Of a DNA stretch of 64,000 nucleotides, positions 8,781-18,870 are shown piece after piece; the first letter of the stretch is position 1, and every line of letters begins with the position of its first letter. The notes below the pieces were generated by a model. That model saw only the letters and a program-made list of their open reading frames with translations, did not search any database and had not been told where the DNA came from. A program made the translations under genes and the position numbers. Source of the stretch: a virus (Duplodnaviria; Caudoviricetes); the IMG/VR virus record IMGVR_UViG_2681813556_000004, positions 1 through 64,000 of that record. One strand, written 5' to 3'.

Positions 8781-10988
8781 TTACACGGCGATCTCCCAGG
8801 GCCCTTTCTGGCCGAGACTTCTCAAAAAGTTACCCTTCAGCTTGTCCCAGAGCGGCTGCTTGAAGATGTTCGGCAGGGACTGGCCTTCGGCAATGCCTCT
8901 GACAAGATCACCCGTCGTCATCGGCGTCGGGCCATTGTTATGGGCATCCACCAGCCGCTGAATGATGGCGATACGGTTTGCACCCTTGATGTCGATGGTG
9001 GCTTTTCCAGGTACGAAGAGGGTGGCCATATTCTCCCCGGAACGGGTGAGCCCGACCGCTTGTCCGCCACGGGCCAATATCCGGTGACGCCGAAACACGG
9101 ACCGGAGCTTGTCTGCGACCAAGGCGATTTCGGACTGTCCCTTGTCGATCTGATCGGCAAGCGGCGTCAGGACGTTGGCTGCCAGACACGGCCCAGGTGC
9201 TTCGCCAGCCTGAAGGACCAGGCCGATGCCGAGGTTGTGGCGCGCCCGAAGCTGCGTATCGACGTCCGACCGGACCTTCTCCCGGTCGAGACCTCGCGCG
9301 AGATAGACCGGCACATTGCCGCCATCGACCGCGAGCGTTCCAAGATAGAGAAGCTGGTCAGTCAGCTTCTCTATGGCGGGCACATCCAGCGCCTGTTCAA
9401 GACGCGCCTTCAGATGTTGTGCGACCCAGCCGTCCCGCACTCGATAGACCCGGTAGCGATCCGGTGTGCCGCCAGGGGCCAGCTGTCCTTCGGTGACCTG
9501 AAGATCGGCCACCTTATGATTTCCTGCTTCCTCATCTCCCTTTTCCACCCGGACAACAACCTCGGCTGCAACCAGGCCTATCTCGTCTTCATCGTCGATC
9601 AGGTCGTCGCCTACCCAACCGGCAGGGACAAGAAATCCGATTTCCATCAGAAGGCTGGGATCGACGCCGCGTTTAACCAGCCACTCGCCGGTGACCCTGT
9701 CTGCCCCTATGTCCCAGATGGCCAGCAACGCAGGCATGACCGCCATGCTCTCCGCATCGCCTGGCGCGCGACCCTCACGGAGGATATTCCAGTGTCGAAG
9801 CAGGCGATGCCCCAGAACCCGTTCGAACGGGTCGTCAATACTGAGAAGGCTGCTCGTGTTACGATCGGTAAGCGTGAAGTCGAGGGTTTGCACATCGTCT
9901 CGCTCCGCGCGGCGATACCGCACCGCAATCTCGATGAAGCGGATCGCGACCGCCCGCTCGAAAATCCTCGGGAGGCCCGGCTGGCTGTGGATGAGTTCGG
10001 AGATGTCCTGATCGATAGTGGTGGAAAGCGAGAGGCGGTTGGCGAGATTGCCGATGCTGATGTCAGCGCGGATCACTTGCGCACGGGTGATCACCACATC
10101 GTCGAGTTCCGGCAGTTCCAGATCGAGGGCCTGCATGAACCGCGAGATGTCGTAGGCCTGAAAGTCGACGGGCTGGTTGGAATAGGTCTGATCGAGGGCC
10201 GTTTCGATGAATCGCTCGGCGATGGTGTGCCTGAACTTTCGGTTGCCAGCGCGGACATGTACCCGTCCGGTTGATGGCGTGTAGACGATCATCGCCTCTC
10301 CGGGTGGCCGGAAATAGATACTTGACCTATTGCCGTTGTCGTCGATCTCCCGGACGCTCGTGGGCGGATCGGGATGATACAGCAGGTACATCTCTGCCGC
10401 CGGTTCATCGCCGTCCTCGGGGATGTCGAACTTGTCGATGCTGTAGCCGTCGCCGCGATCGAGGCGCTTGTTGAGGTCGACAAGAAGCTCTTCGAGCAAT
10501 GCGCTGCCGGCGTCCGGGCCTCCGTCGACCGAAGGCTCCGCCATGAAGGTCTGGTAGTGCTTGTCATAGCGCCGGTAGAGCCGCAGGTGCAGGCTGTTCT
10601 CCGCCGCTTCGAACAGCCCGTGTTCGTTCGCAAAGGCCCACAGGCTGCGCGCCAGCCTGTCCCGCTGGTTCAGAAGCTCCCTGGCGCGGTCGGGTTCGAG
10701 CCTGGTTGTGGCGAGACCTTGGAGGACATACTCACCGCGGTCACTCGCAATTGTGACGATCCGGGCGGCTTCAGTTTCGAGCGGACCCAGCCGGTCCTTC
10801 TTTTCCTGCCGCAGCATGGTCCTGGCAAGCGACGGACCGTCCGGGTTGTCCACATCGAACTTGTAGGCAGAAAGCCAGTTCAACCTCTCGAAAGCTCTAG
10901 CCGCGAGAAATCCGGACAGCAGATTCGGCTCTGCATCATCGAATAGCCGGGAAAGACTGGGGCAGGTCTTCGTGGGCGCGCGAACCAT
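8781..10988 (-). CDS. 735-aa multidomain hypothetical protein, possible C-terminal winged HTH
   Basis: Long globular-looking ORF; GAGGT RBS before ATG 10988; no family motif recognised. Confidence 0.8.
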   Translation of the reverse strand: MVRAPTKTCPSLSRLFDDAEPNLLSGFLAARAFERLNWLSAYKFDVDNPDGPSLARTMLRQEKKDRLGPLETEAARIVTIASDRGEYVLQGLATTRLEPDRARELLNQRDRLARSLWAFANEHGLFEAAENSLHLRLYRRYDKHYQTFMAEPSVDGGPDAGSALLEELLVDLNKRLDRGDGYSIDKFDIPEDGDEPAAEMYLLYHPDPPTSVREIDDNGNRSSIYFRPPGEAMIVYTPSTGRVHVRAGNRKFRHTIAERFIETALDQTYSNQPVDFQAYDISRFMQALDLELPELDDVVITRAQVIRADISIGNLANRLSLSTTIDQDISELIHSQPGLPRIFERAVAIRFIEIAVRYRRAERDDVQTLDFTLTDRNTSSLLSIDDPFERVLGHRLLRHWNILREGRAPGDAESMAVMPALLAIWDIGADRVTGEWLVKRGVDPSLLMEIGFLVPAGWVGDDLIDDEDEIGLVAAEVVVRVEKGDEEAGNHKVADLQVTEGQLAPGGTPDRYRVYRVRDGWVAQHLKARLEQALDVPAIEKLTDQLLYLGTLAVDGGNVPVYLARGLDREKVRSDVDTQLRARHNLGIGLVLQAGEAPGPCLAANVLTPLADQIDKGQSEIALVADKLRSVFRRHRILARGGQAVGLTRSGENMATLFVPGKATIDIKGANRIAIIQRLVDAHNNGPTPMTTGDLVRGIAEGQSLPNIFKQPLWDKLKGNFLRSLGQKGPWEIAV

Positions 10989-11061
10989 GAGCCACCTCGC
11001 TGTCATTTCCGACGAGAGTAGGGACATCACCCGGTTTCGCCAGAGATTTTCTCCGGCCCCC

Positions 11062-11094
11062 TGTCCCATTGCCTCACCGGATTTGGCTTTTCCC
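11062..11094 (+). promoter_or_regulatory. Bipartite motif TGTCCCAT-N13-TTGGCTTTTCCC; putative sigma-dependent promoter (copy 2)
   Basis: Exact match of both blocks to 7580-7612; 27 nt upstream of ATG 11122 that heads the DUF2924/LSR operon. Confidence 0.65.
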
Positions 11095-11121
11095 TGGCAG
11101 ATGCTCCCCGGATGCCCTGCC

Positions 11122-11325
11122 ATGAAGCACCCCAATCCCCTGTCGCCCTTCCTGATGACCTCCGCCGAGCGGCGGGCCGAGTTGTGCCGCATCCTGGCCC
11201 TCGGGCTGGTCCGGTTGCGCATGAGGAAGTCAAGCGAACTCTCTGACGACATGGGAGAAACTTCGCTACACCTTCCGCCCGCAAAGAGCGTTGGTCGGCA
11301 TGCAAATCACCGGAGACCCGCATGA
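11122..11325 (+). CDS. Small hypothetical protein heading the recombinase operon
   Basis: MKHPNPLSPFLMTSAERRAELCRILALGLVRL; ATGA overlap with next gene. Confidence 0.65.
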   Translation: MKHPNPLSPFLMTSAERRAELCRILALGLVRLRMRKSSELSDDMGETSLHLPPAKSVGRHANHRRPA

Positions 11326-11777
11326 CGACGCATGATCCCATTCCCGCGCGCCTGGCCGCGCTGAAGACCACGCCGACGCCGGAACTGAAGCAACAGTGGC
11401 GCGATCTGTTCGACAGCGAACCGCCGCCCTTCAATCGCCGCTACCTTGAATCCCGGCTGGCCTATCGCATCCAGGAACTTGCCTACGGCGGCCTGAAGCC
11501 CGAGACGATTCGGCGCCTCGAACGGCTCGGCGAGGAACTGGACGGCGGCGACAGGAAGAAGCGCGGCATCCGAGCCGATCGCGACCGCCCCATCACCGGC
11601 ACGCGCCTCCTGCGCGAATGGCAGGGCGTCGAACAGATCGTGACCGTCACCGCCGACGGCTTCGAATGGCAGGGTCGGCCGTACAAGTCGCTGTCCGCCA
11701 TCGCACGGGCCATCACCGGCACGCGCTGGAACGGCTGGACCTTCTTCGGGCTCAAGAACCACAGGGGGCGGACATGA
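11322..11777 (+). CDS. DUF2924 domain protein
   Basis: LAYRIQELAYGGL...GTRLLREWQG...GFEWQGRPYKSLSAIARAITGTRWNGWTFFGL. Confidence 0.9.
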   Translation: MTTHDPIPARLAALKTTPTPELKQQWRDLFDSEPPPFNRRYLESRLAYRIQELAYGGLKPETIRRLERLGEELDGGDRKKRGIRADRDRPITGTRLLREWQGVEQIVTVTADGFEWQGRPYKSLSAIARAITGTRWNGWTFFGLKNHRGRT

Positions 11778-13099
11778 CGAAGCCGCCGGATAAATCGAAG
11801 GTCGTCCGCAAGCTGCGATGTGCCGTCTACACCCGGAAGTCCTCCGAGGAAGGGCTGGAGCAGGAGTTCAACAGCCTCCACGCCCAACGTGAGGCCTGCG
11901 AGGCCTACATTGCCAGCCAGCGCTCCGAGGGCTGGGCGCTGGTCCGCGATCAGTATGACGACGGCGGCATCTCAGGCGGCACGCTGGAGCGGCCCGGCCT
12001 GAAGCGGCTGCTGGAGGATATCGAGGACGGGTTGGTCGACGTGGTGGTGGTCTACAAGATCGACCGCCTCAGCCGCTCGCTCGCCGACTTCGCCAAGCTG
12101 GTCGAGGTGTTCGACCGGAACGGCGTGACGTTCGTCTCGGTGACGCAGTCGTTCAACACGACGACCTCCATGGGACGGCTGACGCTGAACATCCTGCTGT
12201 CCTTCGCCCAGTTCGAGCGCGAGGTCACGGCCGAGCGCATCCGCGATAAGGTCGCGGCCTCTCGGCGCAAGGGCATGTGGATGGGCGGGGTACCGCCCTA
12301 CGGCTATCGCGTCGAGAACCGGAAGCTGGTGGTGGAAGACGACCAGTCTGCGCACGTCCGCTGGATCTTCGGCCGCTTCCTCGAGATCGGGTCCTGCACG
12401 GAACTGGCGCGGGAGGTTGGCGTACGCGGGATCCGGACGCCGCGCGGCAACCGGATCGACAAGAAATACATCTACCGGATGCTCAGCAACCGCGCCTACA
12501 TCGGCGAGGCGGTCCACAAAGGCGACAGCTATCCCGGCGAGCACGACGCGATCATCGACCGCGAGACTTGGGACCGCGTCCACGCCATCCTGCAGGAGAG
12601 CCCGCGCAAGCGTGCCGCGCGCACCCGAGCTGAGACGCCCGCGCTGCTGAAGGGGCTGCTGTTCGGGCCCGATGGCGCTGCGTTCTCGCCGACGCATACC
12701 CGCAAGGGCGACCGGCTCTACCGCTATTATGTCAGCCAGACAGTGCTGAAGCATGGCGCTGGATCCTGCCCCATCGGCCGCGTGCCAGCGGGGGAGATAG
12801 AGGCCGCCGTCATCGATCAGCTCCGCGCCGTGTTCCGCCAGCCCGAAATCGTGGCGGGGACATGGAAGGCGGCGCGCGCCCACGCCGACGATATCAGCGA
12901 AGCCGACGCCCGGACGGCACTGCAGCAGCTTGATCCGCTGTGGGGCGAGCTGTTCCCCGCCGAGCAGGCGCGCATCGTGGAGTTGTTGGTCGAGCGCGTG
13001 GAGATCGGGACGGACGGGTTGAACGTCCGGCTCCGTGTGGATGGGCTCGGCGGCCTCGCACGCGAGATGCTGGCCGGAGACATGGGAGCGGCCGCATGA
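11774..13099 (+). CDS. Large serine recombinase (integrase)
   Basis: CAVYTRKS catalytic motif, YDDGGISGG, YKIDRLSRSL, FAQFERE, PPYGY recombinase domain; 441 aa from ATG 11774. Confidence 0.95.
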   Translation: MTKPPDKSKVVRKLRCAVYTRKSSEEGLEQEFNSLHAQREACEAYIASQRSEGWALVRDQYDDGGISGGTLERPGLKRLLEDIEDGLVDVVVVYKIDRLSRSLADFAKLVEVFDRNGVTFVSVTQSFNTTTSMGRLTLNILLSFAQFEREVTAERIRDKVAASRRKGMWMGGVPPYGYRVENRKLVVEDDQSAHVRWIFGRFLEIGSCTELAREVGVRGIRTPRGNRIDKKYIYRMLSNRAYIGEAVHKGDSYPGEHDAIIDRETWDRVHAILQESPRKRAARTRAETPALLKGLLFGPDGAAFSPTHTRKGDRLYRYYVSQTVLKHGAGSCPIGRVPAGEIEAAVIDQLRAVFRQPEIVAGTWKAARAHADDISEADARTALQQLDPLWGELFPAEQARIVELLVERVEIGTDGLNVRLRVDGLGGLAREMLAGDMGAAA

Positions 13100-13479
13100 C
13101 CCGCGGCACTCTGATCCCCGAAACGGTGACGCTCCATGTCCCATTTCACATCGTGAAGCGCGGCGGGCGGAAGGAAATGCACCTGCCCGACCGCGTCCGG
13201 CCAGACCGCAAGGCGGACAACACGCTGGTCAAGGCGCTGGCCCGCGCCTTCCGCTGGAAGCGGATGCTCGAGTCGGGTGAGTTCGCTACCATTTCCGAAC
13301 TGGCCGAGCGAGAGGGGATCGCACCCTCCTACATAACCCGCGTCCTGCGGCTGACGCTGCTTGCGCCGGATACCGTTGAGGCAATCCTCGACGGCACGCA
13401 GGGGCCAGAGATGACGCTGGCGCGGGTGCTGGAGCCGTTTCCCTTGCAGTGGAGCTTGCTGGTCGGTCATTTCCGCTGA
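13096..13479 (+). CDS. Small LSR-associated HTH protein
   Basis: LVKALARAFRWKRMLESGEFATISELAEREGIAPSYITRVLRLTLLAPD; ATGA overlap. Confidence 0.8.
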   Translation: MTRGTLIPETVTLHVPFHIVKRGGRKEMHLPDRVRPDRKADNTLVKALARAFRWKRMLESGEFATISELAEREGIAPSYITRVLRLTLLAPDTVEAILDGTQGPEMTLARVLEPFPLQWSLLVGHFR

Positions 13480-13739
13480 GAACCTCTAAGCAGACCCGTC
13501 CACCACTACAAATTGAAGGGTTGGTTGATGGCCTCCCATCAGCAGCGGCAATGACTGCCGGTCAAGGTTTGCGAAGCCGCCGGGCACATCTGCCTCCCAT
13601 GGCCGTGGCCTAGGGTCGAGGCTCTCGCCCGCCTCAACCCAGTTGAGCAACGTGCTCATCTGGATGAACAGCAGGGGATTGATGATTATGGGCTTATCCG
13701 CCACCCTGTAAGCATGATGGCAGGGTTACTGGGGGCCGT

Positions 13740-15206
13740 GTGAAGTATCAAAATAATCCACCAGACGCCTCTGCGCTGATGACGTCGGCGCGGAGCTTTG
13801 GGAACTACGACTTGTCGAGTGCTCTTGCCGATCTCTTGGACAACAGCATAAAGGCAAAAGCACGTAGTATCGAAATTAAATGCATCCGGAAGGATGACGG
13901 GCCCGAGGTCAGGATTCTGGATGATGGGTCCGGAATGTCGGCGAACGAGCTACATCGGGCTATGCGACCCGCCAGCACCAATCCCGACGATGAACGGGCT
14001 CGCGATGACCTCGGCCGGTTCGGCTGGGGCATGAAGTCGGCATCGCTCTCGCAGTGCCGGCTCCTGACCGTCGTCACCCGACACGATGGAGTTCTGTCTG
14101 GCGCATCTTGGGATCTTGATGATCTCGCCGACTGGAAAATGGGAGTCCTCGAGCCAGAGGAAATAAAGGCGTTAGCCGATCAACGGCTGCTTGAGCGCGA
14201 CGGGACGGAGGTTATCTGGTGCAAGTGTGATCGTCTTTCTGAGTTCGGCCAGGTCGGCGGCAAAGGCTTCAACGACATCGTCGCACACGCAAAGGCGCAG
14301 CTGTCTCTCATCTTCCACCGTTATCTGGGCGGCGAGGAAGGTCTTCGGAAGCTCAAGGTCAATTTTAATGGGGACGCGCTAAAACCGGCAGACCCCTTCT
14401 TCCGCCACCATGACGCAACGCAGGCCCAGCCAAAGGAAACGCTTACCCTCGATGGTCAGCCCATCGAGGTGCAGGCCTTCATCCTCCCGCACTATTCGAA
14501 GATAACTGCGGGCGAGCACGACCGGCTGGGCGCTGAGGAAGGCTTCGTTCGCAATCAAGGGTTCTATGTATATAGACAACACCGACTAATCATACATGGA
14601 ACATGGTTTCGGCTGGTGAAGCACGGCGAACTGTCGCAACTTGTCCGGATCGCGATTAACATCCCCAACTCGCTCGATGCCATGTGGAAGATCACCTTAG
14701 ACAAGGCGGACGCACAGCTTCCGTCCGGGCTGAAAAGCCGTTTGAAGGACATCGTAGACGGCCTCAAGAGAAAATCAGGAAAGGTGTTCCAATCCCGCGG
14801 CGGTCGAGTCCGGAATGAAGCTGGGAAGACGTCGGTCTGGGCAAAATATGTAAGGAACGGCGAGGTCCGATATTATCTCAATCGCGAGCATCCACTGATC
14901 GCCGGAATGCTTGATGAAGATGACAAAGACAGAGCCAAGGCGTTTGCTGCAGCGCTCGGCATCATCGAGGACTGCTTCCCTGTTGTCAGCATTGGCGAAG
15001 ACTATTCTTCACGCCCGGAAATGATGAATCAGAGCGTAGTGGATCGAAGCACGTTTATCGAAAAGCTCGATGCAGCTCTTCCTTCGCTACTTTTGCATGT
15101 GGGGGGCAATATGAAAACACTTCACGAGATCCTCGCGTCTACCGAGCCGTGGTCCAATCACGCCGATATCGTGCTGACACACCTTAAGGAAAAAGGGTGG
15201 AACTGA
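13740..15206 (+). CDS. MORC/MutL-type GHKL ATPase (Mza-like defence locus)
   Basis: LADLLDNSIKA, ILDDGSGM, LGRFGWGMKSAS GHKL motifs; RNQGFYVYRQHRLI. Confidence 0.9.
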   Translation: MKYQNNPPDASALMTSARSFGNYDLSSALADLLDNSIKAKARSIEIKCIRKDDGPEVRILDDGSGMSANELHRAMRPASTNPDDERARDDLGRFGWGMKSASLSQCRLLTVVTRHDGVLSGASWDLDDLADWKMGVLEPEEIKALADQRLLERDGTEVIWCKCDRLSEFGQVGGKGFNDIVAHAKAQLSLIFHRYLGGEEGLRKLKVNFNGDALKPADPFFRHHDATQAQPKETLTLDGQPIEVQAFILPHYSKITAGEHDRLGAEEGFVRNQGFYVYRQHRLIIHGTWFRLVKHGELSQLVRIAINIPNSLDAMWKITLDKADAQLPSGLKSRLKDIVDGLKRKSGKVFQSRGGRVRNEAGKTSVWAKYVRNGEVRYYLNREHPLIAGMLDEDDKDRAKAFAAALGIIEDCFPVVSIGEDYSSRPEMMNQSVVDRSTFIEKLDAALPSLLLHVGGNMKTLHEILASTEPWSNHADIVLTHLKEKGWN

Positions 15207-17897
15207 ATGTTTGACAGCGAACTTGCGTACTTTCGTTCAATGATCACCCGAGACTATGGTGAGGACATTGCTCAAGGAAACGGCCTACCTGAAGGTGCGA
15301 TCAGTAAAATCGTCCGGTGCGGCCCCTTCCAGCACCTCGGTGAGCCGGCAATCAATGCAATCATCCGCGAGCTAGAATCGAGCTTCACGGTAACCCAGAA
15401 GCGCGGAGCAGTCATTACAAAGGACCATCGGCCTTGGCTAGCGGCAAAGCGGCCGCAGATTGACTTCTATTACTGGAATCGGCTCCGTAAATATTATCTT
15501 GAGACGGGAACTCTTCCGTCGCACGTGCTTGCCACGCTTGACTCCGATACAGACGAGATTCTCGACCAGTGCGGTAACCCGAGAGACGAGAATTACGGCG
15601 CTGTTCGCGGCATGGTCATGGGCAATGTCCAGTCGGGCAAGACCACTAATTATTCGGCACTGATCTGCAAAGCTGCGGACGCAGGCTACCGAGTCATCAT
15701 CCTGCTTGCCGGGATTACCAATTCGCTGCGTTCCCAGACGCAGGAACGGCTCGATGAAACCTTCATTGGCAAGGTCTCGATGTTCGGCGCGGTCGCCCAG
15801 CAATCGTTGCCGATCCAGAATTACGCAGCGACGCGGCGGATCCCCTCCTACGGCACGACCCGGGTGGCCGATTTTTCGAGTGGCAAGGACGGCATCTATT
15901 TCGGCCTGTCCGGTCATCAGGAGCCGATGATCTTCATCACCAAGAAGAACAAAGGCATCCTTGAACGTCTCGCTCTCTGGATCGAGAAGCAGGGGGAGAC
16001 TGGCGGCTATGACCTGCCGCTTCTGTTAATCGACGACGAAGCCGACAATGCGTCCATAAATACAGCCAGTGATCCTAAGCGCACTACTGCTATCAACGGT
16101 GTCATCAGGCAGATCCTGTCACGTTTTCCGCGCTCGTCGTATGTCGGCTATACCGCTACACCGTTCGCCAACATTTTCATCGACCCGGAAACGACGGAAG
16201 AGATGGAGACGGACGACCTTTTTCCAGGCAATTTCATCAAGGCGCTCGATCCGCCCACCAACTATGCCGGCTCACGCCGGATCTTCCGGGAAGGCGGTGA
16301 CCTGCGTGAAGGCATGGTCCGCATCATTGACGATTATCGTCTGCTACTGCCACTCAAGCACAAGAGCGGTGACACTGTTGCCGACATCCCCGACAGTCTG
16401 CGCCACGCGATCCGCGTGTTCTGCATCACGCGGGCCATCAGGGTACTCCAAGGCAAGGGCAAAGCTCATTGCTCGATGATGATCAACGTCAGCCGATTCA
16501 ATGCCATCCAGGACCAGATTCTGGGTCAGGTTTACGAATACCTTGCCGAGATCAAGGACGCGATCGCGGTCCACGCATCGCTGCCGCCCGACGAGATCAG
16601 CGATGATGTCATGGACGATCTCGAAGCGAGCTTCACCAAGGAGTTTGATGATAGCGGGCTCGACTGGCATGGGCTGCTTGGGGTTCTCAACGAGGGCGTA
16701 CAGTCCATAGAGGTCCGCACCGTCAATATGCGGGGCGGCAAGCTCGACTATTCACTACACAAGTTTGACGGCCTTCATGTCATCGCCATCGGCGGATTGG
16801 CGCTGTCACGCGGGCTGACACTCGAAGGCCTCACGGTTTCTTATCTCCTGCGCAATGCGACTGCGAGCGACACGCTGATGCAGATGGCGCGCTGGTTCGG
16901 CTACCGCACGGGTTATGAGGAATATTGTCGCCTCTATCTGCCTCAGATGTCCTTCGATCATTACGAATTTGTCGACGAGGCAACTGAAGAACTTAGGAGC
17001 GAGATCAAGCGCATGCAGGCCGCGCGCCGCACTCCGCGCGACTTCGGTCTCAAAGTCCGGCAAAGCCCGCTCGCCATCCGGGTAACCGCGGCAAACAAGA
17101 TGCGCACGGCTGAGAAGCTCAAAATCGCACAGGATTATTCCGCGCGTCACATCGAGGGCTTCGCACTCCCCAATGATCCGGTCATCGGTAATAATCAGCG
17201 CAATGCAGCCGACAAATTCCTCTCCGCGCTCGGAGACCCTACTGAGAAGGGCAAGGGTTTCATTCGCTGGTCTGCTAGTGGCCGCGACGTGCTCAAACTC
17301 CTTCGCGAATTCCGGTTTGTGGATCATCCCGATCTATCGGTAATTTCCGACACATCCCTCTTTGAGGACTATGTTCAGGACCGCGTCACTGACGAACTGG
17401 CTGAATGGGATGTGGTGCTTCCCATGCGTCAGTCGGGCGACTCCGTTCAGTTCGCCGGTCAGGACATCAATCTGAGGTCCCGCGACCAAGGAACGGTCCA
17501 GCGGGGTACCTATCGTGTGTACGGCAGCAAGAACCGCGTCGCCGACCCGGGGGACGCGCAGATCGGCCTGTCAGACGCACAGAAGGTAGCGGCGGAAGCA
17601 GCCTACCAAGCCGAGATTTACAAGAAGGAACGTGCCGCGTGCTCGGTACGCGAGCGGCCGATGATGCTCGTGCATGTTTTCGGTGCAAAACTGCGCGACG
17701 ACCGGGTCGATTGCGACGACGAGCTCAAGCTAGACACGCCCATCGTCACGCTTTCCTTCTGCATGCCTGAGACCGGGAAACCTGCGAAGGAGAGAACCTA
17801 CCAGGTGAACGCTGTCTATCGCCAGCAACTCGAACTTTATGTCGCCGAAGAAGACGATGATTCCCAAGCGATGATGGAGGCTCAGGATGCTGAATGA
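15207..17897 (+). CDS. Z1-domain protein with SF2 helicase-like N-terminus
   Basis: GNVQSGKT Walker A, LLIDDEAD, GYTATPFAN, IGGLALSRGLTLEGLTVSY, DTLMQMARWFGYR. Confidence 0.9.
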   Translation: MFDSELAYFRSMITRDYGEDIAQGNGLPEGAISKIVRCGPFQHLGEPAINAIIRELESSFTVTQKRGAVITKDHRPWLAAKRPQIDFYYWNRLRKYYLETGTLPSHVLATLDSDTDEILDQCGNPRDENYGAVRGMVMGNVQSGKTTNYSALICKAADAGYRVIILLAGITNSLRSQTQERLDETFIGKVSMFGAVAQQSLPIQNYAATRRIPSYGTTRVADFSSGKDGIYFGLSGHQEPMIFITKKNKGILERLALWIEKQGETGGYDLPLLLIDDEADNASINTASDPKRTTAINGVIRQILSRFPRSSYVGYTATPFANIFIDPETTEEMETDDLFPGNFIKALDPPTNYAGSRRIFREGGDLREGMVRIIDDYRLLLPLKHKSGDTVADIPDSLRHAIRVFCITRAIRVLQGKGKAHCSMMINVSRFNAIQDQILGQVYEYLAEIKDAIAVHASLPPDEISDDVMDDLEASFTKEFDDSGLDWHGLLGVLNEGVQSIEVRTVNMRGGKLDYSLHKFDGLHVIAIGGLALSRGLTLEGLTVSYLLRNATASDTLMQMARWFGYRTGYEEYCRLYLPQMSFDHYEFVDEATEELRSEIKRMQAARRTPRDFGLKVRQSPLAIRVTAANKMRTAEKLKIAQDYSARHIEGFALPNDPVIGNNQRNAADKFLSALGDPTEKGKGFIRWSASGRDVLKLLREFRFVDHPDLSVISDTSLFEDYVQDRVTDELAEWDVVLPMRQSGDSVQFAGQDINLRSRDQGTVQRGTYRVYGSKNRVADPGDAQIGLSDAQKVAAEAAYQAEIYKKERAACSVRERPMMLVHVFGAKLRDDRVDCDDELKLDTPIVTLSFCMPETGKPAKERTYQVNAVYRQQLELYVAEEDDDSQAMMEAQDAE

Positions 17898-18870
17898 ATG
17901 GGAAGCGATTATCCCGCCATATGACCCGGGGTCCTACAACGTCCGACTTGCCGACAGCAGCCATCCGCTCGATTTCAGGATTGGCCGTGACTATCGCGGA
18001 CGTTTTGTCTTCCAACTTGATGCAGAGTGTGCGGAGCCCGGCGCGCTCGACCTGCCGAAGATGTCAGCGATGACCTGCGAAGTCGAGCCTGCAGGTGATG
18101 GGCGTTCGAGATTTGTCCTGACCCTCAGCAACGCTGCGGACTTCCGGAATTTCGCCCTTATGTGCAAAAGCCTCATGCTGGCGACTGACAAGTTCACTCC
18201 GTCACAGGCTAGAGAAGGGCTGCTGCAAGCCGTCGAGGAAGTTCACCGTTGGCAGGAGATGCTGCGCCGAAGGGCCGACCGCCTGCTGTCAAAAACCGAG
18301 AGGATTGGCCTGGTCGGCGAATTGCTGTTTCTGCGAGACGTTCTCAGCGACCGGCTTGGCTGGAATGCCGCCATCCGATGCTGGAACGGCCCCGGCGGTC
18401 ATGAGCAGGATTTTGTGGTTGCCGGCAGCATTTTTGAGGTGAAGACGCAGGTGGTGACTGCCGATCGCCGGATCCGAATTTCTTCCGAAGACCAGCTTGA
18501 TCCGGTTCAGGGACGGATCCTGCTCTGCAATCAGGGCATTGCGCCGCTGCCTTCCGTCGACCCGGCGGCTCGGACCCTCAACCTTCTGGTGTCAGAGATC
18601 CGTGACGCAATGGCTCAGGCTGGCTCGGGCGCCCCGGAACTACTCGATATTGCTCTTCTGGAGGCGGGCTACGAGGAGCGGCAGGACTATGACGAGGAGA
18701 GTTGGGTATTAGTGGACCGCACCTATTATGAGGTGTGCGGAACTTTTCCGCGTATTGAGCGCAGCGATCTACGGCCCGGTGTCGACATGGTCAAGTACAG
18801 TATCCGCGTTAGTGACTGTGTTCCCTTTACCGTCAGCGATGATGAAGTGTTCGGGGGAATCATTCAATGA
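17887..18870 (+). CDS. PD-(D/E)XK motif protein (DUF4420-like nuclease)
   Basis: GLVGELLFL...WNGPGGHEQDF...IFEVKT...IRISSEDQLD; between Z1 and AIPR genes. Confidence 0.85.
   Translation: MLNEWEAIIPPYDPGSYNVRLADSSHPLDFRIGRDYRGRFVFQLDAECAEPGALDLPKMSAMTCEVEPAGDGRSRFVLTLSNAADFRNFALMCKSLMLATDKFTPSQAREGLLQAVEEVHRWQEMLRRRADRLLSKTERIGLVGELLFLRDVLSDRLGWNAAIRCWNGPGGHEQDFVVAGSIFEVKTQVVTADRRIRISSEDQLDPVQGRILLCNQGIAPLPSVDPAARTLNLLVSEIRDAMAQAGSGAPELLDIALLEAGYEERQDYDEESWVLVDRTYYEVCGTFPRIERSDLRPGVDMVKYSIRVSDCVPFTVSDDEVFGGIIQ

Noticed and set aside
8655-10274. Long antisense ORFs here and at 36039-37649, 40077-42128, 44217-47891 and similar
   Set aside because: Shadow frames opposite well-supported genes; expected from GC-rich codon bias
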